DNA from: Neoconidiobolus thromboides FSU 785 | Lineage: Eukaryota > Fungi > Entomophthoromycota | Length of the DNA stretch: 64,000 nt | Direction: 5' to 3' | Assembly (NCBI GenBank): GCA_025603075.1 | Contig: MU626261.1 | Coordinates: forward strand, 186,001 to 250,000 | In this document: one piece after another, positions 17,586 through 29,878 of the stretch | How the letters are laid out: each line of letters opens with the position of its first letter | How positions within the stretch are numbered: the stretch's first letter is position 1 | Notes under the pieces: generated by a model | Told to the model about the DNA's origin: nothing | Database searches by the model: none | The model's input: only the letters and a program-made list of their open reading frames with translations | Position numbers and translations under genes: made by a program

Positions 17586-17889
17586 TATTAATATTAAATT
17601 TATTTTAAACTCGTCAAAAAAAAAATATTTATAATTATTATGTAAACAAATTTCAACAATTTGATATTAAATTAAAAGCTACTTTTATTTAATAACATTA
17701 AAAGGTGAAATTTCAAAAGTTGTAAACAATTATAAAATACCTTTGATGATATTCTTACATTTATATTAATTATAATAAGGTTTTTAATATCATCGCTGAA
17801 TTGAATTTATATTTGTCACTATTAAAACGTCGCATATTAGAGTATTTAAAAACCAACAATAATAATTTATCTGGCTCTGAAATTTAGAC

Positions 17890-19410
17890 TCTAAATAGGC
17901 TTATCAGGGTCAATAATGTCATCATTAAAACCAGGTACCATTGTATCAGTATTTAATATAAATTTGAGATATTGTAATTTGCTCGGTTCTAATAGAGTCT
18001 ATGTATTACCTTGCAAAAGAGCTAGTGGTTTTAATTCTTCCACGCTACTTCTTTTGTTTGAGATATTATTACTATTTTTTGATAAATTATAGCTATTTTT
18101 GGCTCTTCCTTTTCTTTTTACAATGTATCATATAAAAGTTAGAATAATTATCAAAAGCAGCACCCCGTCAATTGACCCACATACTATAGCATCTAGGCTT
18201 TTACTATTACTATTAGGATCTTGTTTAGCACTTTTTTCCAAACTCTTTTCGAGTTCAAATGGACCAACTTCACCATTATCCTTATCATTGGGTTTTGGAT
18301 TAATTGGTAATTATTCCACAACCTTCGATTCCTCTTTTCTTATATCTATAGTTTGTATCACCGATATGATTTTTTTATAAGGACCAAATACATAAATCAA
18401 ACATCCATTGTAGTATTTTAAACAGCCTAGATGAGTGTTAAAAACTCTTTTACATCAATTTTTTATAATTCAATTTATTTGGATTTTTCAGCTCTAAGGC
18501 ACAAATAGTGATAAAAGTAGATGAATCAAGGTTATTAACAAGGCTGCTTCCTATGATAACCATCTTATTCTGAAGTGTTAAATATGGAAGTTTATAACGA
18601 CAGATAGGTATATCTCCTTTTGCAGCTATAATATTCCAAGTATTAGATCCATATTCATAAACAAGAATCTTACTTAGTTCTTATACATAATAGTATCATG
18701 ATCTAAACCCTCAACAATATACAGTCTATTTTTATATACAACTGCAACGTGATCGTGCACTTTCTTTGGTGTATTAGCTAAATTTTCTTATTTTCTTATT
18801 TTCCATCCACTGCGTGTAATGGTAATAATCTTCTTGTGCCCTCTACATTTTTGAGATTGGAATAAAGGCAAATTACATCATAACTAAAATATAATTTTTT
18901 GTTATCGCTGTCTTGAATCAAAGTATGCAATTGATGGGGATATTTTGTTTCATTCCCATTTATCGATTTCTCTGATACAGAGAAGGTAGGTACTGCTACT
19001 TGATTTGATATCCATTTCTTTTCTATTAAATTAAAAGCCTTGAAACTTTCAATTTTTGATCTGTTTTTGCTATCTATTAGAAAAAACTAGTATTACTACA
19101 ACTGGTTACAGCCCTAGAAAAACCAGGTACTGAACCTCGCCTTTTGATATCAATTCCCGTGGTGTATTTTCATGACTATACAAGGTAAACCCGTCTTTAA
19201 GATTTAATGCGTATATGCCTCGATTATATTCCTCGTCTCTATCCTCAATCTTTGGATCAGTCAATCCTCCAACATAATATAATGTATTCTTATATATTCC
19301 ACAGCCTTCAGGATGTAATCTTAGTGCTTTTGAAGCAAAAATAAAGTAACTGGATTGAACAAATGTCAAAATTAAAGGTAAAGCAATAATTTAAATAAGA
19401 AAGTTTAACA
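17890..19410 (-). pseudogene. Kelch-TM family pseudogene (copy B)
   Basis: Minus-strand fragments LRLHPEGCGIYKNTLYYVGG...IYALNLKDGF, AIVCGSIDGVLLLIIIL and FILNTDTMVPGFNDDI match copies A and D. There are multiple stops and frameshifts. Confidence 0.8.
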
Positions 19411-20825
19411 ATTTTTAATCATCTGTATTTATTATCTGTATTTATAACAATATCGAGATGCACAATCATAAATGTTACATTGTTGTTTTTATTTGAATTC
19501 CTTTATTAGGGTAGTTTTGATGTTTAATTTCTTAATTAAGGTTATAGTTCTTAAAATAAACTAAGATCCCAAAAAGAGGTCACTTTAAGACATGCTATAC
19601 GTTACATTTAAATACTTGTTTTCATATGTTTATCCTTGAACGTTCAAGATATAATTAATTTGAACCATACTATAGAACTAAAAATATTGTTTTGTGCCTA
19701 AGACTTTTTGTATTATAAATATTTAAGATAAATAGGACCCTTTTTATAAATTCCTATCCTTTAGAACGCTGATTGTAATCTCAAAAAAAACCAAGTAATA
19801 TTGAGCCATTTGTAAAGAACTTTACTACATTTAATCTAAGTATTGAAACATTTTAGATGATATTTGAAAAAAAAATGTTATAACGATATTTATTTATAGG
19901 TTATTTACATGTTATCTTAAATGCAATAGTACAATTTTAAATGGTCGCTTTTTTATTATAATTTATACATTAAGATTGTTTTCATCAAGAACATGGAATA
20001 TTCTTTTTAAATCTTACCTAACTTATTTAAATTAGGAGAAGAGTAAAGCTATTATCCAACCTTAATAAATCCTGCCTTTAAAAACTATACTTGATTTTTA
20101 AGATCAAGCTTTGGTCTACTTTAAGCCTATAACTCAATAAATAACCTAATCTAGATACCGTTTAGATATCCTGCTATTTTTCGATGTTTAAAAACCAGAT
20201 TGTTGTATTTAAAAATATAGCTTTTATATAATATAGTCTTGTAGGAACCGCTCTTGTAAATAATAAAAGTATTTAAAATGATAAAACAATAAGATATTTA
20301 AATCAGGTAGTAAAAGTAGTGCTGTATATTTATTAATTTTAATTAAATAGAAAAATGAAGCTCAGTCACAAAACTTCGTAAAATTTTAATGTAATATTTT
20401 TCAAATTATTTCTGCTCTAAATGATGATTGTTATTTTGAAAGGAAAATCAAAAATGAAAACATCCTTGTTTAACTTGGAGATTATATTGATAAGATAGCA
20501 TCCTTTATTCTAAATAGTGTTTGTATTTAAGATTTATACAAAAATCTCAAACCAAAGAAGTAAAGAAACTTCTAAAGTGTTTTATGGATCCATATGATCA
20601 TTTAGAATATAAAATTTTGCCAATAAGTTAACTTTTATAACGGAGTTATAGGACAGTTAATAAAATATTAGGCATAAAAAATTTTGCAATAAAAAAAGCG
20701 AAGGACTAACTGAAAAAGCGGAGGATAAAATAATATTAATTCTTAAGTGATTTCATGATTATTAATTTCAAATACAAAATCAATTTAAAGTTGAAACTAT
20801 CTCTTCTTATCATAAATCATACTTG

Positions 20826-23800
20826 ATGGAATCCCCTTTAAATGAATTTTATAACAATTTAAATTACATAGATGATCAAAACCAAGAATCATTATCAAAT
20901 ATAAATAGCATATCTAACCTTGATTTACATTCATTAATATTAAATGAAGAAAGGAAATATGGTACTTTTAAATCAGATCAAAGTTCAGAGTATAATGTCA
21001 TTTTAAATGATGGTACTATGCAAAAGAGAACAATATCGTTATCTAATAGTTTTGATTTCAATAGGTAATTCAAGTCAATTTTAATATGATATCATTTTAA
21101 ATAACTCTAGTTATAAATCCAGTTTATTTATGGAATATAAACCACTAATACGCCGAAATATTTCGGGTATTTTTAATGAAAGCGAACCAACTTCATCTTC
21201 AGAATCAATTATATTTAGAGGGAATAAAGAAGGGATAATGGGTTCATTTTTAAATAAATTAACAGTGGATCAAAAAGATGTAATCAAAGCCAGTTTTTCC
21301 CATTTTATCGGAACCTTGTTTACTTTTGTCCCAATACTACATTATTACATTGGAAATGCATCTCATTTAGTAGCAATAACATGTATTTTCTTTAACCCTG
21401 GCCAATCAATTGGAAAATTTATTGAAAATATGATCTTTGGCTTTTTTTTAGTTTTATTTGGTTTGGTAGTAGGTTGTTTATCCATTTTTAATACTGCTTT
21501 ATGGAACGACCTAGGATTTCATACATTTGCCAGGTTTTCAACATGGTTTGTTTTTATTGGCGGTTACTCTTTTATTTTAGCCCGCATTAAAGCTCAATAC
21601 CCTAAATCTTCTGTTATGCTTGGTAATTTTTCTAAAAAATCATTATTTTTCTTATTTTTTTAGGTATTGCTGCTTCATTTATGATCACTTATCTGGTCCT
21701 ATTAAACCGAACCCCTTTTGTTGGTACTACATTTGATACTACTGATACATATAATTTAGCTAAAGGACTTGCAGTTGGCATACTTTTGAACTTTATAATA
21801 TGCACACAGTTATGGCCACGATGGGAATCTGATAAATTAAAGTAAATTAATTACATTGGTGTCTTTATCTAGAATAATGTGTTTTATTTTTTAGGACAGA
21901 TATGGTATTAAGTTTAGATTCATTAAAATATGGATTATGTCACATTGTTAAAACATTTTTGTTAGAAGAAAATGGCTCAAAAGATATAAATGAAGTTAAT
22001 GAAATTATTATCAATCACAGAAATTTACAATCTACTCTAAATACTCGATATGAGGCATCATCTTGGGAGTTTCAATTAAATTCGGAAAAATATGCTGTAA
22101 TAGGGAAAACCATTAATAAACTTAATGAAATGGGCCAAAAGTTAAATGGATTAAGTTCAAGTATTGAAACGCAAAAAGAATTATTAGAATTAAGTGATAA
22201 AGATGTCAGTGAATTACTTCATAGTGATATTAAATTAAAAAATCGAAATTCGATATTTATTGAGAATAATTTATTTAATCAAAATTTAAACTCTGATTCT
22301 CAACCAGATTTATTTTTGTTTTCTAATTTTCTAAAATATATAGCTCCACCTACAAAATCATTAACTTATACTTGTAGACAAGCTATATCCGTTTTAGCTC
22401 TTGGTATTCGAAAAATTAAAAAAAACTCCGATTTACATTCTTATAGTGATAATAGTATTAATGTCGATGAATATATAAATACTGGTATCCCATTATGTCA
22501 ATTAAAGAAAAATATCAAAAATGCGTTAACTTTATTTTCAGAAGCAAGAAATCAAGCTATTAATACGCTATACACCAAAGCTCATTACGATGGTCATCCT
22601 TCAGAAGAAGTATTTTTAGTTTATTTTTTTGTATATGAATTAGAAGATTTTGCTAATGAACTTTTATCAACTATTGAAGCTTTTGAAATTATGGAAGAAC
22701 TATCTAGTTTAGATGACTACAGTCTATGGGAAAATTTAAAATATCATTTTTTTTCTACATTATCAAATATAAAGTCATATATATATATATATTACAATAA
22801 TCTGTTAGCTTTAATTACTGGTAAAAGGGATTATTCAGGAGTGAATACAGAAAATATAGATAAAGAACCATTACATAATCCAAAACCACAGACATCATAT
22901 CAAAGAAGTCGAGCTAATTTTTGGTATTTTTTAATGAGTTTAAGAGATTATCGAGTTATATTTGCACTTAAAGCATCGTTTGCTAGTTTGCTTATATCTT
23001 CACCGGCTTATCTTTTTGGCTACCATGAATTATTCAGAGATTGGAAAGTAGGTTGGACTTTAGTTGCTATGAATATTGTAATGTCACCAACATTAGGCAC
23101 ATCTAACTTATTCGGACTTTACAGAGTTATAGGTACCATATCAGGCTCTTTAGTCGGTTATTTAACTTATGCTATGTTCTCTGAAAATGTTTATGCACTT
23201 GTTATAATGACCTCATTAGTCACTGTCCCTTGTATGCATATCTTTTTAAAAACTAGCGTACCTAAATTTGGTCAATTTTTACTTTTATGCTATAATTTGA
23301 TTGTACTTACTTCCTATATTAACAAAGAGAATGAAAATTTTGGATTTGCCCGATATGCATTTATAAGAGCAACTTCGGTGACTATAGGTGTACTCTTTGG
23401 ACTCTTTTTCTCATTAGTTATAATGCCATATGAAGCACGAAGAGAATTAAGGGTTGGATTGAGTCGATTTATATCAAATTTTTCACAAATTTATTATAAT
23501 ATGTATCAACTTTGTAGTATTTCACAAGAGACTTTAGAAGAATGTGGTTCGACACCAAATTTCAATTTCAAAAAAATGCTTCAATCTTTTTCTGAATTAG
23601 AAATTCAGGCACAAAAAGATCTTTTTCAATTGGAAGCCCTTTTACCTTCCACTGCACATGAACCCCGTTTAAAGGGTCCTTTTCCGATTAATAATTATAA
23701 GGATATGCTTAACTCTTGTCAAAGCTTATTAAGACAAGTAAATACAATTAAAATGTTAATTTCACATTCAGAATGGAATGGTTGTATAGCAAAAGATTTT

Positions 23801-24133
23801 TTAACACCATTAGAATTGCATCATTCTCAACTTAATGAAGCAGTTCAGCTTTATATTTATATGCTTTATAATGCTTTGCTTTTAAGAACCCCATTACCAC
23901 CATATTTGCCAGCTATTCATTCAGTGAGGAAAAAAATGATAATTTCAATGCAATCATTGGATAAACAGAATTTTTTATCAGATTCCCAATTTCATTATAT
24001 TCCATTCTATGCATATATTGTTGTTCTTAATGATATATTAGATGAATTGGAAAAAATAGCAGATAATCTTAAAGTGTTGTTTGGGGTTTATGACATTGAA
24101 AATTTTGATAAGCTATTTCTTAGTTTTGTGTAA
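20826..24133 (+). CDS. FUSC/ArAE_2-type (aromatic acid exporter/ALMT-like) multi-pass membrane protein
   Basis: N-terminal TM block (FFNPGQSIGKFIE). EEVFLVYFFVYELE. Second block with FALKASFASLLISSPAY, WTLVAMNIVMSPTLG, YRVIGTISG, RATSVTIGVL, PYEARRELR and HEPRLKGPFP. Confidence 0.85.
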
Positions 24134-24733
24134 TTATTGGTTGATTAGTTTGATTATGGTTTCTAGTTTTTTGTATTAATTTTATAATAAATATGATATT
24201 CTATATATATAAAAGTTATATAGTAAAAATAAACTTCTGATTTTTTTCTGATTTTTTAAACTTTCTAATTTAGAAAAAATTATATTTATATTTATTTGCT
24301 ATTTATTTTTACATATGTGTATTAACAGAGACTATACAATGTATAATTTAATATGGCTATTATTAAAGTATCAGTATTAATGCGAATTCAAGTCATTTGT
24401 TATAGATAAGTATATCAGTAGCTATAAGCCTTTCATACTTATATTTTGTCAATGGTAGTTTTTAATTTTTTAATAATTTTCTATATTTAGTAAATTAAAT
24501 AAAATTTCATTTACCAAAGCTTCTTAAAAACCAAGTTATCACCTATATATATAGTAACAATAGAGCTTAAAGGATTAGCTAAGTCAATATATATTTTATG
24601 ACCCTATCTTTATTATTACGTTTCAAATTGTTTAAGTATTTAAAATATTATTATACGGTTTCTTTGTACTTAAAATCGTTATTTTTTAATTAAATCATAT
24701 ATTATTTATGTAGTTTGTTTCAAAATAAATATG

Positions 24734-24838
24734 TATGGGAGTGTTTTTTTTGACTTCATTATTTTTTCCATTTTCTAAGCGCCATTTAAGCGGAAAATTT
24801 GTTGGTAAAATTCTTAAACACAAAAATACATCCCCATA
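24734..24838 (-). mobile_element. MITE family 1, copy 2
   Basis: TA-TGGGAGTGTTTTTT...AAAATACATCCCCA-TA; internal sequence is the reverse complement of copy 1. Confidence 0.9.
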
Positions 24839-25029
24839 TAATAGATATGGAAGAATTTATGCTACACTTTTACAAATACAAGTTTTAAGATTCAATGTGG
24901 TTAATAGGATTAATTTGATAATCAACTGTAATTAAGGTTCAAAGTACCATAATAAAAAGAAAAGGAATTTAGCAAACAAAATTCAACAAGAAATCCATAA
25001 GATGGCTAATTTAAACCATTATATTGAAA

Positions 25030-26170
25030 TATAATAACGAAAGTAAATACATAAGTGGAACTCAAAGTTTCATTTTTAATTATTTTGCTTTTATCTGCCA
25101 CAGTTTCTTTTTTAAAGTTTATAACTAGTAATAGTACACTAAATATATATGGTATCGATTGTTGGATACTTGATGGCAGCTTATATTGTGTTGGTGGGTT
25201 AGCCAATTGTAATGATAATGGAGATGAAAAATTTAATGAAATAAGACTTATTAAATCTTAAAGAAGGACTGAATTTAGAAGATAAAACTTTTATTCCATG
25301 AAAATCTATTCCGGATGCTATTGGCCTAAGACAAGATCTTTTAAGTCCCGTAATCAATAATAAGTACAATAGTATATATGTAGTTGAAGATAGGAACACA
25401 AGTAAAGAGAACGGATCCCAAATTTTTGATTTGAATGATAAAAAATAGAAAGCAAATAAAAAGAGAGTGGATATCTTTTTTAATACTAACAAGTTTATAA
25501 ATGGGAATAAAATAGAGCTTTTTACGTATTTATCGTCCATGACTATAGATAATAAAGATTCTGATATATATTAACATTATGGAGATGTCATTAATCATTC
25601 CTATTTAATGGCAGTGGAAGGTAGAGGAATAGTATCAAAATATGGTAATGTTTTTTTGGTTTTATGACTTTTTACATCTTTTAAGCGCTATTTGAGCGGA
25701 AGATTTGTTAGTAAAATTCTTAAACATAAAAATACATCCCTGTATAGTACTAATGATAATGCATGAAGTTTATTAAGTAACAATGGAGCTTGGATTGATT
25801 TACATACCTCTGCTATTTATAGCAGTCGATTGTATATTATAGGTGGTAATAAGGTATATGAAAACGAACCCTTAAAGATGGATAATATTATAATGTTTGG
25901 TCTTTCTTCTAAATCTTGGAAAAACATTACTGTTATTAAAGATATATCAGAGCTTTATTTAGATTATCATCCACCCTAATTGTGGATAAAATGGTATCAG
26001 TCGAGGGTGGTACATCTACTAAATTTGGTGCTTTTCCTTTTTCACCGTTGTATACTTTAGATTTAACAAATCCTATAAAATTAGTCTATAAAGAGTGTAA
26101 AGTAAATCGTTTTTTAAAATCTTATTAAGGTTGTTTTATATCTTATAATAATTTCTCATTATTTGATAAA
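25030..26170 (+). pseudogene. Kelch-TM family pseudogene (copy C), truncated and interrupted by a MITE
   Basis: IYGIDCWILDGSLYCVGG, NLKEGLNL-like segment, HYG-like motif and YSSRLYIIGG match copies A and D. Many stops. No TM or tail is visible. Confidence 0.75.
25641..25744 (-). mobile_element. MITE family 1, copy 3 (inside Kelch pseudogene C)
   Basis: TA-TGGTAATG...CATCCCTG-TA. Removing the element plus one TA restores the host frame. Confidence 0.88.
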
Positions 26171-26783
26171 TTTTAGTTTTTTATAGCATTGCTTAAATAG
26201 ATTTATTGACGTTTAAGTACACCGTCTAACTTTAATCCTTTTCTCAAATCTGTTTAATGAGTTTACTTTAGAGTTATAAGTAGTAGCTCAATTGTATTGT
26301 TTACTTTTGAAATTATTTTACATTCATTATTATTCCATTTGAAAAAATTCAATATCATATGTTTTAAAATTACATTAAATAAAAGCGATATATATATATA
26401 TCAATGGAATCTTTTTATCATAATCTATTTCTATAATAATCAAATTACTTTATATTATATTTTAATATTTAAAATATTTAGCTCAATTTAAAAGATCTTT
26501 TTAAATGTTTCATTTTTTATATGAAAAATTAAATCTTTTATATGACTATTGTAAATAAAAAGTTTACTTTTGAATAATTTATTTAGATATAAGATACTAC
26601 TATAAAAAATTAACATGAATAAAATGTTTGATTCAAATAAAATAAAGTTTATCAAAATTAAAACAATACAAAATCATCTAAGTTTATTAAATATGATACA
26701 TAAAGGTAATGATAAAAAATAAATTTGAAAATAACTATAGAAATAAAGATAAATGCTTACAAATAATGAATATCCTAACACTG

Positions 26784-26888
26784 TATGGGAATCTATTTTT
26801 TTGTTTAAGAATTTTACTAACAACCTTTTCACTTAAATAGTGCTTAAAAGATAGAAAAAGTGATAAAACCAAAAAAAAAATCTTCATA
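26784..26888 (+). mobile_element. MITE family 1, copy 4
   Basis: Core GTTTAAGAATTTTACTAACAA...CACTTAAATAGTGCTT with degenerate TIRs and TA on both sides. Confidence 0.85.
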
Positions 26889-27297
26889 TTAATTAATTCT
26901 CTTATCTCAAATATACTATTTAGAATTATATGAACTAACTACTACCATAAAAAATGACCATTATTCTAGAATCAAATAAACTTATAAGATTTTATATTAT
27001 ATTATTTTTATATTGTTTTATATTGTTTATAAAACTCAGTTAATAATAATAGAGCTTTACATACTAAAGGTATTCAATAGCATTGAGTGCGGATTGTATT
27101 AACGCAAATATAACACTTAAATTACATATTTAACTAGTTTATCCATAATTTCAATTGTTATAAATTTATCCCTTACTCAAACCAATCAAATGAGCATTTA
27201 CATCAACACACATGATCACAAGCATATTTAAAAAATATAAAAATAGTAAATATTCAATTTTACTTTTTATTATTTTAATTATTCAAAGCAACAAAGG

Positions 27298-29322
27298 ATG
27301 ACTGAATTAATATATTCAAAATATGATAATTTATTTATACCATATCAACAAAACTTATCGGATTTCATATTAAAAGGACATAATCCAAATATCAAGAATG
27401 GAATCAATCACTCAATAAGAGCATTTGTAGATGATTTAACAGGAGAAACAATAAGTCATACACAATTAAGAAAAGAAGTGAATTTATTAGCTTCTGGACT
27501 TGTTAACAATTTAAGATTAAAAAGAAATGATGTGATTGCTATTTTTTCACCAAATCATATTAATTACGCTACTATCTTTTTAGCCGCTTGTTCAGTAGGT
27601 AAGTATAAGTTTTTTTTATAATATTGAAACTTTTTCATATGATATTTTTATTAGGTATAATAGTTACTACAATTAATCCAGCCTATACTGAAACTGAAGT
27701 TTTACATCAAATTAAAGATTCAAATGCAAAAATAATGTTTACAATTGAAGATCAAATTGGAGTATTAAAAAAAGTGAATCAAAAACTAAATCAATCAATT
27801 CAATTAATTAATATGGATAAACGAGAAACAAAAGAGTTAGTAAATTTTGAGTCCATTTTTAGTAAATCTTTTTGTGAAAGTTTAAAATTTCAAAATGAAG
27901 AAGAATGCAAAGAACAAATTGCTTTAATTGCTTATTCTTCTGGTACTACGGGTAAACCAAAAGGAGTGATGACCTCTCATTTTAATGAAATTGCTAATAT
28001 TATGCAAAATGAAGTAGCATTGGATGAATTTAAATCAATGGGTCGAGTTGTATTAGGTTTATTACCTTTCTTTCATTGTTATGGTATTCAAATCTTGTTA
28101 TTAACTGCAATTCATTCATTTGAAACAGTAATTGTTATTAAAAAATTTGAATTAAAAAAGGTATTTTTATTTTTATTTTTATCTTTATTAGGATCAAATT
28201 ATTAACTTTTATTTTAGTTACTTCAATCTATTCAAACTCATAAAATCACTTCGCTATTTCTCGCTCCTCCTGTTATATTAGCATTAGCAAAAGTAAGATA
28301 ATTGAATTAATTAAGTTTTAATTTTAATTAATTTGTTAGGATCCAATAGTAGATAATTATGATTTAACATCTGTTGAGTTTATATTTTCAGGAGCGGCAC
28401 CGTTACCAATTGAAGTATCTAATTTAGCTGGTACAAGATTTAAATGTCATATGTTTCAAGGATATGGTAATAACAATAATTAATAATTGTTATTTATTAT
28501 TATTGTTATTTAATTAAATTCATTTATATACATTAATAGGTATGACTGAAGCATCACCCTGTGTATCAGTAGTTACTTTAAGTACAGGCAGTAATGAATC
28601 AGTTGGTAGTTTAGTACCAAATATGGCAGCCAAAATAGTAAGTCTAGAGACTGGAAAAACATTACCAATTGGAGAAATTGGAGAACTCTGGGTCAAAGGA
28701 CCTAATATTATGATAGTAAAAATTTATTAATTTCTTTTTAATTTTAACCTCTTTATTACTTTTATAGGGATACTTAAATAATCCAGAAGCTACAAAAGCT
28801 ATGTTTGATAGTAATGGGTTTATGCGTACAGGTGATGTGGGTTATTTTGATAAACAATATCGATTATATATTGTAGATAGGGCTAAAGAACTTATCAAAG
28901 TAAATATGTTTATATTTGTATATATATATATTTATATCTTTATACATTAAATAATAATAATTTAATTATTTAAATAGTATCGTGGATTTCAAGTAGCTCC
29001 AGCTGAATTAGAAGCCTTATTATTAGCTCAACCACAAGTAACAGATTGTTGTGTAATTGGAGTGCCTAATGATGAAGCAGGAGAAGTACCAAAAGCGTTT
29101 ATTGTATTAAAACCAAGCTTAACTGATCCTGGAAATCCAATATCTTATGATGCATTAATCGAACAAATTAAAATTAAAGTTCACCATGATTTAGCTTATT
29201 ATAAACATCTCAGAGGTGGTATTAAAATTGTAGATCATATACCAAAATCACCTTCAGGTAAAATATTAAGGAGATTAATTAGGGATAAAGAATTATCGAA
29301 AATTAATAAATCAAAATTATAA
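27298..29322 (+). CDS. 4-coumarate-CoA-ligase/luciferase-like acyl-CoA synthetase, predicted peroxisomal
   Basis: [54 protein letters not shown] and [12 protein letters not shown]. Ends in the PTS1 tripeptide SKL*. Confidence 0.92.
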
Positions 29323-29340
29323 TTTAAATATAAAGATATA

Positions 29341-29445
29341 TATGGGGATGTGTTTTTGTGTCTAACAATTTTACTAACAATTTTTCCACTTAAATAGCGC
29401 TTGGAAGGTGGAAAAAGTAATGAAGCCAAAAAAAACATCCCCATA
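29341..29445 (+). mobile_element. MITE family 1, copy 5 (begins 19 nt after the 4CL-like stop)
   Basis: TA-TGGGGATGTGTTTTT...AAAAAACATCCCCA-TA. Confidence 0.92.
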
Positions 29446-29610
29446 TATTTTTATATTTTTATATTATATGTTTAAATAAAATTATTTTTTATTATTGATT
29501 AACAAATTTCTTTTATAATTCATTTACATAATATTCTTGATAAATAATTCAAATTAAATTTTATTAATTAATATTAATAATTTATCAAATTCAAAGCTAT
29601 TTATTTTTAA

Positions 29611-29715
29611 TATTTAGATGTGTTTTTTTAGTTTCACTATTTTTCCATTTTTTAAGCGCTATTTCAGCGGAAAGATTGTTAGGACAATTCTTGAACACAA
29701 GAATACATTCCCATT
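29611..29715 (-). mobile_element. MITE family 1, copy 6
   Basis: Core TTTTCCATTTTTTAAGCGCTATTTCAGCGGAAAG with eroded TIRs. Confidence 0.82.
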
Positions 29716-29878
29716 TAGATTAGACAAATAAATAAAAATAAAATAAAATAAAAATAAAATACCAAATAATCTATAAAAGTCTATAAAATATATTAAAATT
29801 TTAACAAAAATCTAAGGATAGCTTTTTTGGATATTGAATTAAGGAGGGGAGTTGTGGATGTAAGAAGATGATAATAAG

